64,000 nt of DNA from IMG/VR virus record IMGVR_UViG_3300033076_001139, positions 87,106-151,105 of that record, one strand, 5' to 3'. Within the stretch, counting starts at the first letter, position 1; each line of letters opens with the position of its first letter. Source of the DNA: a virus. Its lineage: Duplodnaviria > Caudoviricetes. The position numbers and the translations under genes were made by a program. This document shows, piece by piece, positions 20,210-28,064 of the stretch. The notes beneath the pieces are model-generated. The model saw only the letters and a program-made list of their open reading frames with translations, was not told where the DNA came from and ran no database searches.

Positions 20210-21184
20210 TTAGCGCAGGAACTGCGACCAGTCGATGTTCTCGATGCTCTCGCCGTCCTCGTCGCCGCTGGCCGTGGCGTAGAGGAAGCTGAGCGCGCCA
20301 ACAATTGCGGAGATCCGGTCATCCTGCGTGCCAAAGGCATCCTCAACGCGCTTGACGCGCGTGTTGAGGTCCTTGACCGCAGTGTTGATCAGGTCGCTCT
20401 GCTGCCCGATCACATCGATGCGCTTGCGGAGATCCTCAAGGGCAACGAGCACAGGGCCGAGATCGACGGCTGCGGTAACCGCAACAGGCGCCGGAGTCTC
20501 CGTAGTCTGGACAACCTCAGCCTGCTGCGTCACAGGGCCGCGGCGAAGCGGGACCTTGGGACCGGCCTTCACGACCTTCGAGAGCACGGGCTCCTCGGAA
20601 GCAACCGGCGTCTCCTCAACAACTTCCTCAACGGGCGCAGGCGTCGGTGCCGCCGAGCCGGGGGTCTTGGGCTTCGGCGGACGGCCGGGGCCGCGCTTGA
20701 CAGGGGCAGGTGCCGCCTCCGCCTCGGGCTCAGCAACAGGCTTCGGCGTAGCAGCCTTGGGGGCTGCGACGACAGGAGCGGGAGTCGCGGGGCGGTTGCC
20801 GCTGGTCACGTCGGCGGCGAGAGCCTGGACTTCGTCGTAAGACATCTCTGCGATGTTCGGCACGTCCTGCTTGATCAGCTCCTGGAGCTGCGGGACAGTC
20901 ATGCGGATCGCATCCAACTCCTTCTCGACCTTGCCAAGGGCCTTGGCAATCTGACGGAGGGGAAGGCGGAACTTGAAGGTTTCGGTGGTGTCAGCCATTG
21001 GCTTATCTTTCTCCGGATGATGGGTAAGCAGGGCACTCGGCCCGAAGTCACAAATTGCTCTCTCACGTGCGTAGAGTGTTCCTAGGTCCGTGAGTGTGAA
21101 CAGCGCGCAGATAGGGCCGTCAAAGACCATCTCTGTCGTCACCGACTCGCACTTACGGAGCCTGGAACACTCAATGCACCTCAA
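20210..21184 (-). CDS. Hypothetical protein with AT-hook, Pro/Ala-rich linker and C-terminal coiled coil
   Basis: AT-hook 'KRGPGRPPK'. TTG start is coupled to the upstream stop. A possible second in-frame start at ATG 20997 (MADTT) has GGAG upstream. Confidence 0.65.
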   Translation of the reverse strand: MRCIECSRLRKCESVTTEMVFDGPICALFTLTDLGTLYARERAICDFGPSALLTHHPEKDKPMADTTETFKFRLPLRQIAKALGKVEKELDAIRMTVPQLQELIKQDVPNIAEMSYDEVQALAADVTSGNRPATPAPVVAAPKAATPKPVAEPEAEAAPAPVKRGPGRPPKPKTPGSAAPTPAPVEEVVEETPVASEEPVLSKVVKAGPKVPLRRGPVTQQAEVVQTTETPAPVAVTAAVDLGPVLVALEDLRKRIDVIGQQSDLINTAVKDLNTRVKRVEDAFGTQDDRISAIVGALSFLYATASGDEDGESIENIDWSQFLR

Positions 21185-21486
21185 AGGATGTCTCCGTCAA
21201 AACCCTTCCAACAGCGTTGAACGATGATGTTGGGACACCCGTACGAGACGCATTTACCGGTGCACCCCGGTAATTGAGTACGTAACCTTCTCCAGTTCTT
21301 CTCGATATGCTGCTGCATCATTTTTCTTTTGCCCTCAAGAGGGCACTCGATTTCCGATGGGTCAGCAGAACCCTCAAGCACTGCGTAAATCTGCTCACGG
21401 TCTTGAGTACGCCCGACGCTCCCGAGACCGGCAGCGCGACACGTCTCCACAAGTTCCGTGCGGTTCAGGTCGTCGATGCCACTCAT
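21181..21486 (-). CDS. Cys-rich hypothetical protein with HeH-like N-terminus
   Basis: 'LNRTELVETCRAAGL' followed by C..C.GKC...GC......C. Coupled to both neighbours. Confidence 0.6.
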   Translation of the reverse strand: MSGIDDLNRTELVETCRAAGLGSVGRTQDREQIYAVLEGSADPSEIECPLEGKRKMMQQHIEKNWRRLRTQLPGCTGKCVSYGCPNIIVQRCWKGFDGDIL

Positions 21487-21992
21487 TACGGCCTCGCTAG
21501 GAACGCAGCAGGGATGCCGAAGTCGGCGGGATTTACTTCCTCAAGGTAGAGAACCACTCGCGGATTTGTAGGGTCCATTGCTTTCACTAGGGTCAGTTCC
21601 ATAGTGAGGGAGTCATCAAGACCCAACGCATCCGCAAGACAGTCTTCTATGAGCTTACGCCGGTTTCCGGCGTCCATCTTCTTATAGACGGTTTTCGCCC
21701 CTCTTTTACCGTCGCGCCCAATTTTTAGCCATCCCTCATTTACCAACGTCTCGAAGTAGAAGACGATGGTGAGCCGATAGGCCGCACAGGGGGTATGCCC
21801 CTGGACGAATTTCTGAATGGGCAGGAAGTAATTCTTATGGGCGTGCGCCCGGAAGTTCGAGCGAAACTGCTCCGCTTCCTTGCTGTAGACCTCCCCGCCC
21901 TGCCGCCGATGCACCCGAATGTGGTTGTCACTCGGCGGCAAGTTGGGAAAGTGGATTTCAAGGTTACGGGCGGGCAAAGGGATTTCGGCCAT
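21486..21992 (-). CDS. RusA-like Holliday junction resolvase
   Basis: 'PPSDNH' N-terminal motif and 'MDAGNRRKLIEDCLA...DDS....L.L.K' match the RusA D-x-x-N-x-x-K-x-x-x-D...DD signature. Confidence 0.7.
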   Translation of the reverse strand: MAEIPLPARNLEIHFPNLPPSDNHIRVHRRQGGEVYSKEAEQFRSNFRAHAHKNYFLPIQKFVQGHTPCAAYRLTIVFYFETLVNEGWLKIGRDGKRGAKTVYKKMDAGNRRKLIEDCLADALGLDDSLTMELTLVKAMDPTNPRVVLYLEEVNPADFGIPAAFLARP

Positions 21993-22560
21993 TGTTCATC
22001 CCCGTCACACGACGGCCACCCTCCATCTCCATCTTCTTCGTCTCTAGGTGACGAGAAAGAATTCGGAGATCTCGGCTGGCAGCGTCAACCATCCCATTGA
22101 TGATCTCGTAGTACTCCGTTGCCTCAAGCCACTGGGCGTTGGCCTCGATGTACCGCGAGTCGCAAATCGTGGAATCGTCCTTGTCATCGTTATTGCCAAT
22201 TTTCGACTTGCGAACCTTGGCCTTTACGAGGCGCAGACGCTCCTCCGCGTTCATCTTTTCTGCCTTGGCAAGCGTAGCCTTCGCACCCAAGAAGTCTGCG
22301 TGAGCCGTCATCATCTCGAACAGCTCACCGATCTGCTGGTTGTTTAGGCTGGCCCAGTTCGGCGGGAGGCGACCATCGAAGTACTGGTTGCCGCGCTTAG
22401 GACGAGTGTCGTGCGGGCGCAGCCCCTCGTCCATGACGCGCAGAAGTGCCTTCTCCGAGGCCTCAAGGTACCGGTTCAATCCCTCGTCAAGAGGCGTATC
22501 GTAGAGATCCGCCTTTCCGGGCTCGTCAACGACGAGTGCCCGTGCTCCGCGTGGCGGCAT
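21964..22560 (-). CDS. Coiled-coil protein, possibly a UvsY-like recombination mediator
   Basis: Helical coiled-coil ending '...DLRILSRHLETKK'. Sits in the recombination cluster near recA. Family assignment is tentative. Confidence 0.35.
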   Translation of the reverse strand: MPPRGARALVVDEPGKADLYDTPLDEGLNRYLEASEKALLRVMDEGLRPHDTRPKRGNQYFDGRLPPNWASLNNQQIGELFEMMTAHADFLGAKATLAKAEKMNAEERLRLVKAKVRKSKIGNNDDKDDSTICDSRYIEANAQWLEATEYYEIINGMVDAASRDLRILSRHLETKKMEMEGGRRVTGMNNGRNPFARP

Positions 22561-22563
22561 TAA

Positions 22564-23403
22564 TTACCTCGAAAACGGGTTGCGGGATCCACCACCAAGA
22601 CGCTGAGAGCAGTGCTCGCGGTAACCGCAGCCCTTGCACTCATACTTGCCGGCATCAGCAATTGGCTCAGTGCCCGTCTCAAGTGCCTTCTCAAGCGGCT
22701 CGATCTTGTCGCGACGCCAGTTCTGGTACACCCGCTCGTCGTACACCATCGGGTACTGCTTCATCGAACCGGTTCCCTTGTCCACGTACAGGAAGCACAT
22801 GAACGGGACATTCAGGGCTCGGCAGTAAATCGAGGCCTGGAGGATGTGCTCCTCCTTTGGCTTCGAGAGCTTGCTGTACCCATCCGAGCTGATGGTCTTG
22901 ATCTCGATGACGTAGGTGTGGTCTACCTGCTCCACGACACCGTCAGCGTGGCCGTTCTCGATGAACGACTCCGGCAGGTCAACGGTTACTTCATCCGCAA
23001 AGTTATTCGGAAGGGCGCGATGAATTGCCTTCTGAATAGTTGCGTGGATTGCATGGCCGATATCGAAGATGAACTGGAGTTCGGGAGAAATCTCCTCCTC
23101 TCCTTCGATCTCAGCAAGCACGTCGTAGTACAGCTTCAGGCGGCAGCGGTGTGCCGACGACGGGTGCACGGTTCCGATGCTACGGAAGTGCGGCTGAATC
23201 TCGCCCTGTCCGTCACAGGCCTTGCACTTGTGCGGACGCGCGTTGGCGACTACGGCCTCAAACACGTCACGGGTCATGCTCCGGCGTCGGCCGTCTTTCG
23301 ACAGCTGGCGGTAGACCAAGCCCTTCAGGTCAATTCGGTTGAGCACGGATTCAACGTCAGCGGGCGTTGCGTGCTCTAGGTCAGCAATCGTGTGGATGTT
23401 CAC
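22564..23403 (-). CDS. Cas4/AddB-like PD-(D/E)XK exonuclease with Fe-S cysteines
   Basis: 'HPSSAHRC', 'GHAIH', 'GHADG', 'IEIKT', 'QASIY' and C-terminal 'CKGCGYREHC' give a 1+3 Cys arrangement. Confidence 0.8.
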   Translation of the reverse strand: MNIHTIADLEHATPADVESVLNRIDLKGLVYRQLSKDGRRRSMTRDVFEAVVANARPHKCKACDGQGEIQPHFRSIGTVHPSSAHRCRLKLYYDVLAEIEGEEEISPELQFIFDIGHAIHATIQKAIHRALPNNFADEVTVDLPESFIENGHADGVVEQVDHTYVIEIKTISSDGYSKLSKPKEEHILQASIYCRALNVPFMCFLYVDKGTGSMKQYPMVYDERVYQNWRRDKIEPLEKALETGTEPIADAGKYECKGCGYREHCSQRLGGGSRNPFSR

Positions 23404-23870
23404 GTTTTGTCCTGCTTGTAGGTTTCAAGTAGCTCTTTGAACCAGGCGTCCGGGAGTACCACGTACTGCTCGTATTTCCCGGCACGGTCTTGTGGCCGGA
23501 ATTCGATAGTAAATGCGGGGATCTCGCCGTCGTTTGCCTGCGCGATGAGCTTGTGTAGGTCTTCTAGTTTTAGCGAAAAGGACTTCTTCTCTGTGCTCTT
23601 GCACTCCATGCGGAACCCTTCCCCCTTAACATCGCCCTTGTCGACTGGGGTAGAGCCGGAGGCGATAGTGCGGCGGCCTTCATACCGCTTCGCATTTATC
23701 TTCTCCTGCCTGTCCGAAATCGTACGGGTGGGACGTGTAAGAGGAGGAGGGGCCGCATCCTCAAGTTGAGATGGCCGGAGAACGCTCCCGCAGCCACCAC
23801 AAGAGAATGACGACCCGCTCCAGTGCCGCAGGTCCGTGCTCCCGCAGTTAGGGCAGCACTTCTGCGCCAT
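23400..23870 (-). CDS. PD-(D/E)XK Holliday-junction-resolvase-like endonuclease with N-terminal zinc ribbon
   Basis: 'QEK..AK...G.R..ASGS....KGDV......MECKST' motif plus N-terminal CPNCG...CGGC. Confidence 0.7.
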   Translation of the reverse strand: MAQKCCPNCGSTDLRHWSGSSFSCGGCGSVLRPSQLEDAAPPPLTRPTRTISDRQEKINAKRYEGRRTIASGSTPVDKGDVKGEGFRMECKSTEKKSFSLKLEDLHKLIAQANDGEIPAFTIEFRPQDRAGKYEQYVVLPDAWFKELLETYKQDKT

Positions 23871-25093
23871 TAGTCCATGTCCTCGTCAGTGTAATTGCAC
23901 TTGATGCCCGCCTCGTGCAGCGTGAGGCGTTCAATCTCGGCAAGCACTTCGGGGCCAAGCTCACGAACCTTTTCCGTGAACGCGTCGATGCCGCGCACAG
24001 TGAGGTCCCCGAATTCGTACATCGCACCGTTCTTGCTGACCACGTCGTAGTCGGCAGCAACGCGGATGGACTCCTTCACGCGGTCAAACCCGACGAGGGA
24101 GAAGATGAAGTCATAATTGCCCTTGCCGCCTTCGTGGCCGCCGGCCTTTTGCTTCATGATCTCGTACTCGATGGTCTTTCCGATGCGAACCTGAGACTCG
24201 CCGATCTTCTTGTTCACATAAGCAAGCCGACGTAGCTGGATGGTGACCCAGCGTGCGTGCTTGAGTGCGTGGCCGCCTGCCTCAATCGTGTCCGGAGAAA
24301 ACGGCGTAGCCTTCTTCATGTTGTCTCGGACCTGGTTGATGCCGAGGATGCATGTGAGGTTGGGCATGCCGTTCTTGTCGGGAGCAGTCGCAGCATTGAT
24401 GCGCTTCGCAAACTGGCTGTTCACAATCGACGCGCCGCCTGGGCGGACGTTGTCCTCAAGTGTGTTCTGGTCTTCGAGTTCCGTCAGCATAGAGCCGAAG
24501 GAGTCGATCATCACCACATTGAACTCGCGCGAGGCGACCATCTCCGTAGCGATGGACAACGCACGCTCTGCCGTGTCGGGCGGACAGACCACGAACTCCC
24601 CAATCTGGTCGGAGAACGCGGCGCGCTCTTCGGCAGAGAAACGGAAAGACTCGTCCTGCCTAGATGCGGCCTCGGCACGCTCGATTGAGCGAATTTCCTG
24701 TGGCGAAAGTGCGATGCGAACACCGCAGTCACGCGCAAAGAGCTTGTCGTACGGCATCTCAAGAGAGACAACGCCAATGCGACAACGATCACCAAACAGG
24801 ATCTGCTGGTTCTTGATGACCTGATTGCAAAGCCAGTTCTTGCCGATGCCTTCCGGAGCAACAAGCATCGTCATGCCGCCGGCGGGAAGCCCACCGCGCA
24901 GATCAATATCCAACTTCAGGATGCCCGTGGGCAGACGACGCATCGCCCACGGCATCGTGTACTCGTCGCCCTTGAAGATGCGGCCCGGATACTTTGTCTT
25001 TAGGGTGTTCATCAGGTTTAGAAAACCTGTGTTGTCCGCGCCGCGAATGGGCTGTTCCGCGCGAGTGGACTCTGCTTTCTTACGAGGGGGCAC
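23870..25093 (-). CDS. recA: RecA/UvsX-like recombinase
   Basis: 'PTGILKLDIDLRGGLPAG', Walker A 'APEGIGKN', Walker B 'VMIDS', 'INQVR', 'GGHALKH'. Confidence 0.9.
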   Translation of the reverse strand: MPPRKKAESTRAEQPIRGADNTGFLNLMNTLKTKYPGRIFKGDEYTMPWAMRRLPTGILKLDIDLRGGLPAGGMTMLVAPEGIGKNWLCNQVIKNQQILFGDRCRIGVVSLEMPYDKLFARDCGVRIALSPQEIRSIERAEAASRQDESFRFSAEERAAFSDQIGEFVVCPPDTAERALSIATEMVASREFNVVMIDSFGSMLTELEDQNTLEDNVRPGGASIVNSQFAKRINAATAPDKNGMPNLTCILGINQVRDNMKKATPFSPDTIEAGGHALKHARWVTIQLRRLAYVNKKIGESQVRIGKTIEYEIMKQKAGGHEGGKGNYDFIFSLVGFDRVKESIRVAADYDVVSKNGAMYEFGDLTVRGIDAFTEKVRELGPEVLAEIERLTLHEAGIKCNYTDEDMD

Positions 25094-25120
25094 GTTTCCT
25101 CCGAATGGGAGGGACGGCTC

Positions 25121-25300
25121 CTACCGACGGAAGTCCTTGTTGATCTTCCGAGGTTCCCACGGAGCCGTCCCGCAGGTGGGACAGTGGGGCGTCTGGTAGC
25201 GGTAATCCACGCTCTTGCTGCCACAGGACGGGCAAGGACGCCCGGCCAAAGATGCAACCTTCGTGGCCTCTTCCTCAATCACTACTGCGAACTTGTCCAT
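25121..25300 (-). CDS. Small zinc-ribbon protein (59 aa, not in ORF track)
   Basis: Read manually: MDKFAVVIEEEATKVASLAGRPCPSCGSKSVDYRYQTPHCPTCGTAPWEPRKINKDFRR*, with SD GAGGT upstream. Confidence 0.75.
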   Translation of the reverse strand: MDKFAVVIEEEATKVASLAGRPCPSCGSKSVDYRYQTPHCPTCGTAPWEPRKINKDFRR

Positions 25301-25583
25301 CGGTTACCTCGGAGCCCCACTGGTTCAGGAGCTTTCGCAAGCTCACGTAGGGCCGTACATAGAGTACTAACCGTTTCACCTTTCGGCGAGGTTTTCCGGG
25401 AGCGGCAACAGACAAGGTTCGTTCTTCCGTGTGGACACGGAAAAGTGTGCGGAAAACAATTTCTTCTTGGGCAACGAGGGCGTCCCGGAGCACCCGGATC
25501 TGCGCCTGAAGCAGATGCCTCACCGTGGGCTCCGGGTACCCAGACTCCTTCACCATGCGGCGAATGAGTTCTTCGTGGGTCAT
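25275..25583 (-). CDS. HU/IHF-like DNA-binding protein
   Basis: 'MTHEELIRRM.......TVRHLL.....L..AL...EEI.F..LF.V....R.........RP...LRK.LN' follows the HU fold pattern. Coupled to polA. Confidence 0.7.
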   Translation of the reverse strand: MTHEELIRRMVKESGYPEPTVRHLLQAQIRVLRDALVAQEEIVFRTLFRVHTEERTLSVAAPGKPRRKVKRLVLYVRPYVSLRKLLNQWGSEVTDGQVRSSD

Positions 25584-27997
25584 TTTGCCTCACCCCAGGT
25601 CTTCGCAGCGTGGATCGAGACGGTCAGGGGAACCGACAGATCCTCGTCAAAGGGATGCTCCATCAAGAACTTGATGCGCTCCTTCGCCGCAGCCACGTAC
25701 TCAGGGATGTCAGGAACCTCGAAAACCAACTCGTCGTGGATCTGCAAGAGCATGCGCGCTCCGAACTCTCGGAGGTAAGGATCGCGCTCGCACTTGAGCA
25801 TCGCAGCCTGTGCAACGTCCGCAGCAGAACCTTGGATGCGGGAGTTGAACGCTTGACGCTCAGCCTGAGAAGCCACACCGCGGTCGTCGGAGATAATGTC
25901 CGGCAGACGACGGAACCGGCCCGTGATCGTCTGGACGTACAGCTTCTCTGCGCACTCTTCGTGGGTGGCGTCAATGGCTTCCTTGAGTCCGGGGTAAACC
26001 TCAAACACGCCGTCAATAATCGCCTGCGCTTCGGGACAAGTCTCGCGAATCTTTCCATTACGCTGCTTCGTGCGAACAATCGGCTTTCCTAGCTGCGTGC
26101 CCAGCTTGGCCGCTCCGATGCCGTAGAAAATGCCGAACAGTGCGCTCTTGTTGCCGGAGCGAATGTCGATCAGCCTCTCCTGCTCTGGAGTCGGGTTGTC
26201 CGCCTTCTTTGCTGCAATGAAGTCTGCGTACGGAATTCCGGTAAGGCTGGCCGAGGTCTTGGAGTGAACGTCCAGTCCCTGCCGCAGCGTGTCGATAAGT
26301 ACCTCGTCCCCACTGACGTGCGCCGCAATCTTGACCTCAAGCTGATCGTAGTCAGCCACGATCAACGTCATGGGCGTATCGTCGGGGAGAATCGGCACGG
26401 GAATATCCGCGACCTCTGGCATGCACCAGGCAGGGTCACAGTCGCCCCACTTGCCGGCAATGAACAACTTGCGAATGACGCGACCCCAGTCTCCCTTTGC
26501 GGGGATGTTCTGTAGGTTTGGATCACCGGAAGAAAGGCGGCCAGTACGCGCGCCGTGTGCCTTCAAGTCGGTGTGGATGCGGTTGCGGAAATCGACCCAC
26601 TGTGGAAGACCGGAGAAGTACGTACCCTCCAGCTTGCTCAACTCTCTGTGAGCGATGATTTCTTTCGCGAGGAAATTGCCCCGCTCTGCCCACTCCTCAA
26701 GTGTCTCGGCATCGGTGGACGGAAGCTTTGTTCCTGTCTCTCCGCCGCTCGTCCATCGCTTTGGGGCATCCCCAAACGGATCAAACCACCCCGTGCTGTT
26801 CTGCGTGTAGAACAGTTTACGAAGCTGGATAGGGCTGTTGAGGTTTACATCCGGGTTTTTCGTCAGCTTGACGACCTTCCGCTCGATGGCCTCAATGTCC
26901 TTCTTCATCTGCACCGCGTGTGCGTTGATCTGATCGAGGTCGATGGCGAACCCACGACGCTCGCAGTTCCAGAGAACGCGCAGGAACGGGGCAGCAACCT
27001 GTTCGTACCGTTCTCGGGTATTTCGACCCTCACCCTCATCAATTGCGGCAAGCTCCTCACGCAGAACGGTGGACAACTCGTAGGAGGCCCAGGCGTCAAG
27101 CGAGGCATAGTCCGCCACCGACAGCGTAAGCATGTCGAGCGGATCGTCGTCCACCTGAACACGCTTCATCAGCGCGTACTGGAGGACATGCGCCATCTCT
27201 GAGGCGATTGCAGACGTATTCGCCTCAAGCTCCTTCTCTGCTCGTGGGAAATCCACAGGAGACAACGGGACGCCAAGAAGGGCAAATGCTTCTACGACCG
27301 ACCCGTACTTCTTTACCGTGCTCTTTTCTACCAACCCGTGAAGGCGGGCCATGGAGAGCATCTTCTTGATGGGCAGAGGTTCCCCGCTCTGGCGCGCAAG
27401 GGACAGCTTCTTAAGACTGTCCATCACTTCCTCATCGCCAGAAGCGCGCTTCAGGGTAACGAGGATTTCCGCAGCCTTCTCATGGTCCTGCGCCTCAATG
27501 ACATCGTGGAAAAGACAGACGGCTGCCACCTCGTCATTCTTCCTTCCAAGCTTTCCGAAGACCTCGGTAAACGGGGCCATCCGGAGGCCGAGGAATTCCT
27601 TGGAGCACTCCTTCAAGCCGTGCTGGCCCATCCGGTTCTCGTCGTAGTGCCAGCTCATGTGAACCGTATCTACGATGTGTCCCTGGACCAGAATTCCGTG
27701 GTTAGCCACCATGTGCATGTCGAATTTCGCATTCGACATACGCTTTTCAATTTCCGGATCCTGCAAGATTGGCGCAAAGACGTCCAACAATTCTACTGGC
27801 GCAGCAATACGACTCGACCCGTCCGAGAACGAGAAGAACTTGATGCGTGCCTCGGTCTTGCTCAGACCCGTAGTCTCAGTGTCGAAGGCGACAGAGTCGC
27901 AGGCAGCGTAGCGAGCAGCCCACTTCTTTGCCTCTTCGAGCGTTGAGACGTACACAGGGTCCGGCGTGCGAACGAACTGATACCCGTGCGTGCTCAT
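25580..27997 (-). CDS. polA: Family A DNA polymerase with 3'-5' exonuclease, no 5'-3' exonuclease
   Basis: ExoI 'FDTETTG', ExoII 'NAKFD', ExoIII 'YASLD', 'TGRLSSGDPNLQNIP', motif A 'ADYDQLE', motif B 'R...K...FG..YG', motif C 'QIHDELV'. Start moved to ATG 27997 (SD GGAGG). Confidence 0.95.
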   Translation of the reverse strand: MSTHGYQFVRTPDPVYVSTLEEAKKWAARYAACDSVAFDTETTGLSKTEARIKFFSFSDGSSRIAAPVELLDVFAPILQDPEIEKRMSNAKFDMHMVANHGILVQGHIVDTVHMSWHYDENRMGQHGLKECSKEFLGLRMAPFTEVFGKLGRKNDEVAAVCLFHDVIEAQDHEKAAEILVTLKRASGDEEVMDSLKKLSLARQSGEPLPIKKMLSMARLHGLVEKSTVKKYGSVVEAFALLGVPLSPVDFPRAEKELEANTSAIASEMAHVLQYALMKRVQVDDDPLDMLTLSVADYASLDAWASYELSTVLREELAAIDEGEGRNTRERYEQVAAPFLRVLWNCERRGFAIDLDQINAHAVQMKKDIEAIERKVVKLTKNPDVNLNSPIQLRKLFYTQNSTGWFDPFGDAPKRWTSGGETGTKLPSTDAETLEEWAERGNFLAKEIIAHRELSKLEGTYFSGLPQWVDFRNRIHTDLKAHGARTGRLSSGDPNLQNIPAKGDWGRVIRKLFIAGKWGDCDPAWCMPEVADIPVPILPDDTPMTLIVADYDQLEVKIAAHVSGDEVLIDTLRQGLDVHSKTSASLTGIPYADFIAAKKADNPTPEQERLIDIRSGNKSALFGIFYGIGAAKLGTQLGKPIVRTKQRNGKIRETCPEAQAIIDGVFEVYPGLKEAIDATHEECAEKLYVQTITGRFRRLPDIISDDRGVASQAERQAFNSRIQGSAADVAQAAMLKCERDPYLREFGARMLLQIHDELVFEVPDIPEYVAAAKERIKFLMEHPFDEDLSVPLTVSIHAAKTWGEAK

Positions 27998-28010
27998 GCC
28001 TACCCTCCGA

Positions 28011-28036
28011 GATAAAAAATGCCGGTCTTTCCCGGC
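28011..28036 (-). terminator. Intrinsic terminator/attenuator between the SSB-like gene and polA
   Basis: Minus strand reads GCCGG-GAAAGA-CCGGC followed by ATTTTTTAT. Confidence 0.6.
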
Positions 28037-28064
28037 TGTCAGCACTAACTGTGCAAGTTGCTAA

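Noticed and set aside
20108-21085. 325-aa + strand ORF
   Set aside because: Antisense shadow of a codon-biased minus-strand gene, with Leu/Arg/Gly-rich composition typical of high-GC reverse frames.
22564-23403. Cas4-like gene as evidence of a CRISPR-Cas system
   Set aside because: No repeat-spacer array or other cas genes seen. Solo Cas4-like nucleases are common in phage recombination modules.
25018-25278. 86-aa minus-strand ORF from the track between HU and recA
   Set aside because: A different frame (25121-25300) has an SD and a clean zinc-ribbon motif, and does not overlap recA.
25580-27997. PolA as a DpoZ-like polymerase for a modified-base genome
   Set aside because: Motif deviations exist, but no purZ or other base-modification genes are in the window, so the idea is unsupported here.
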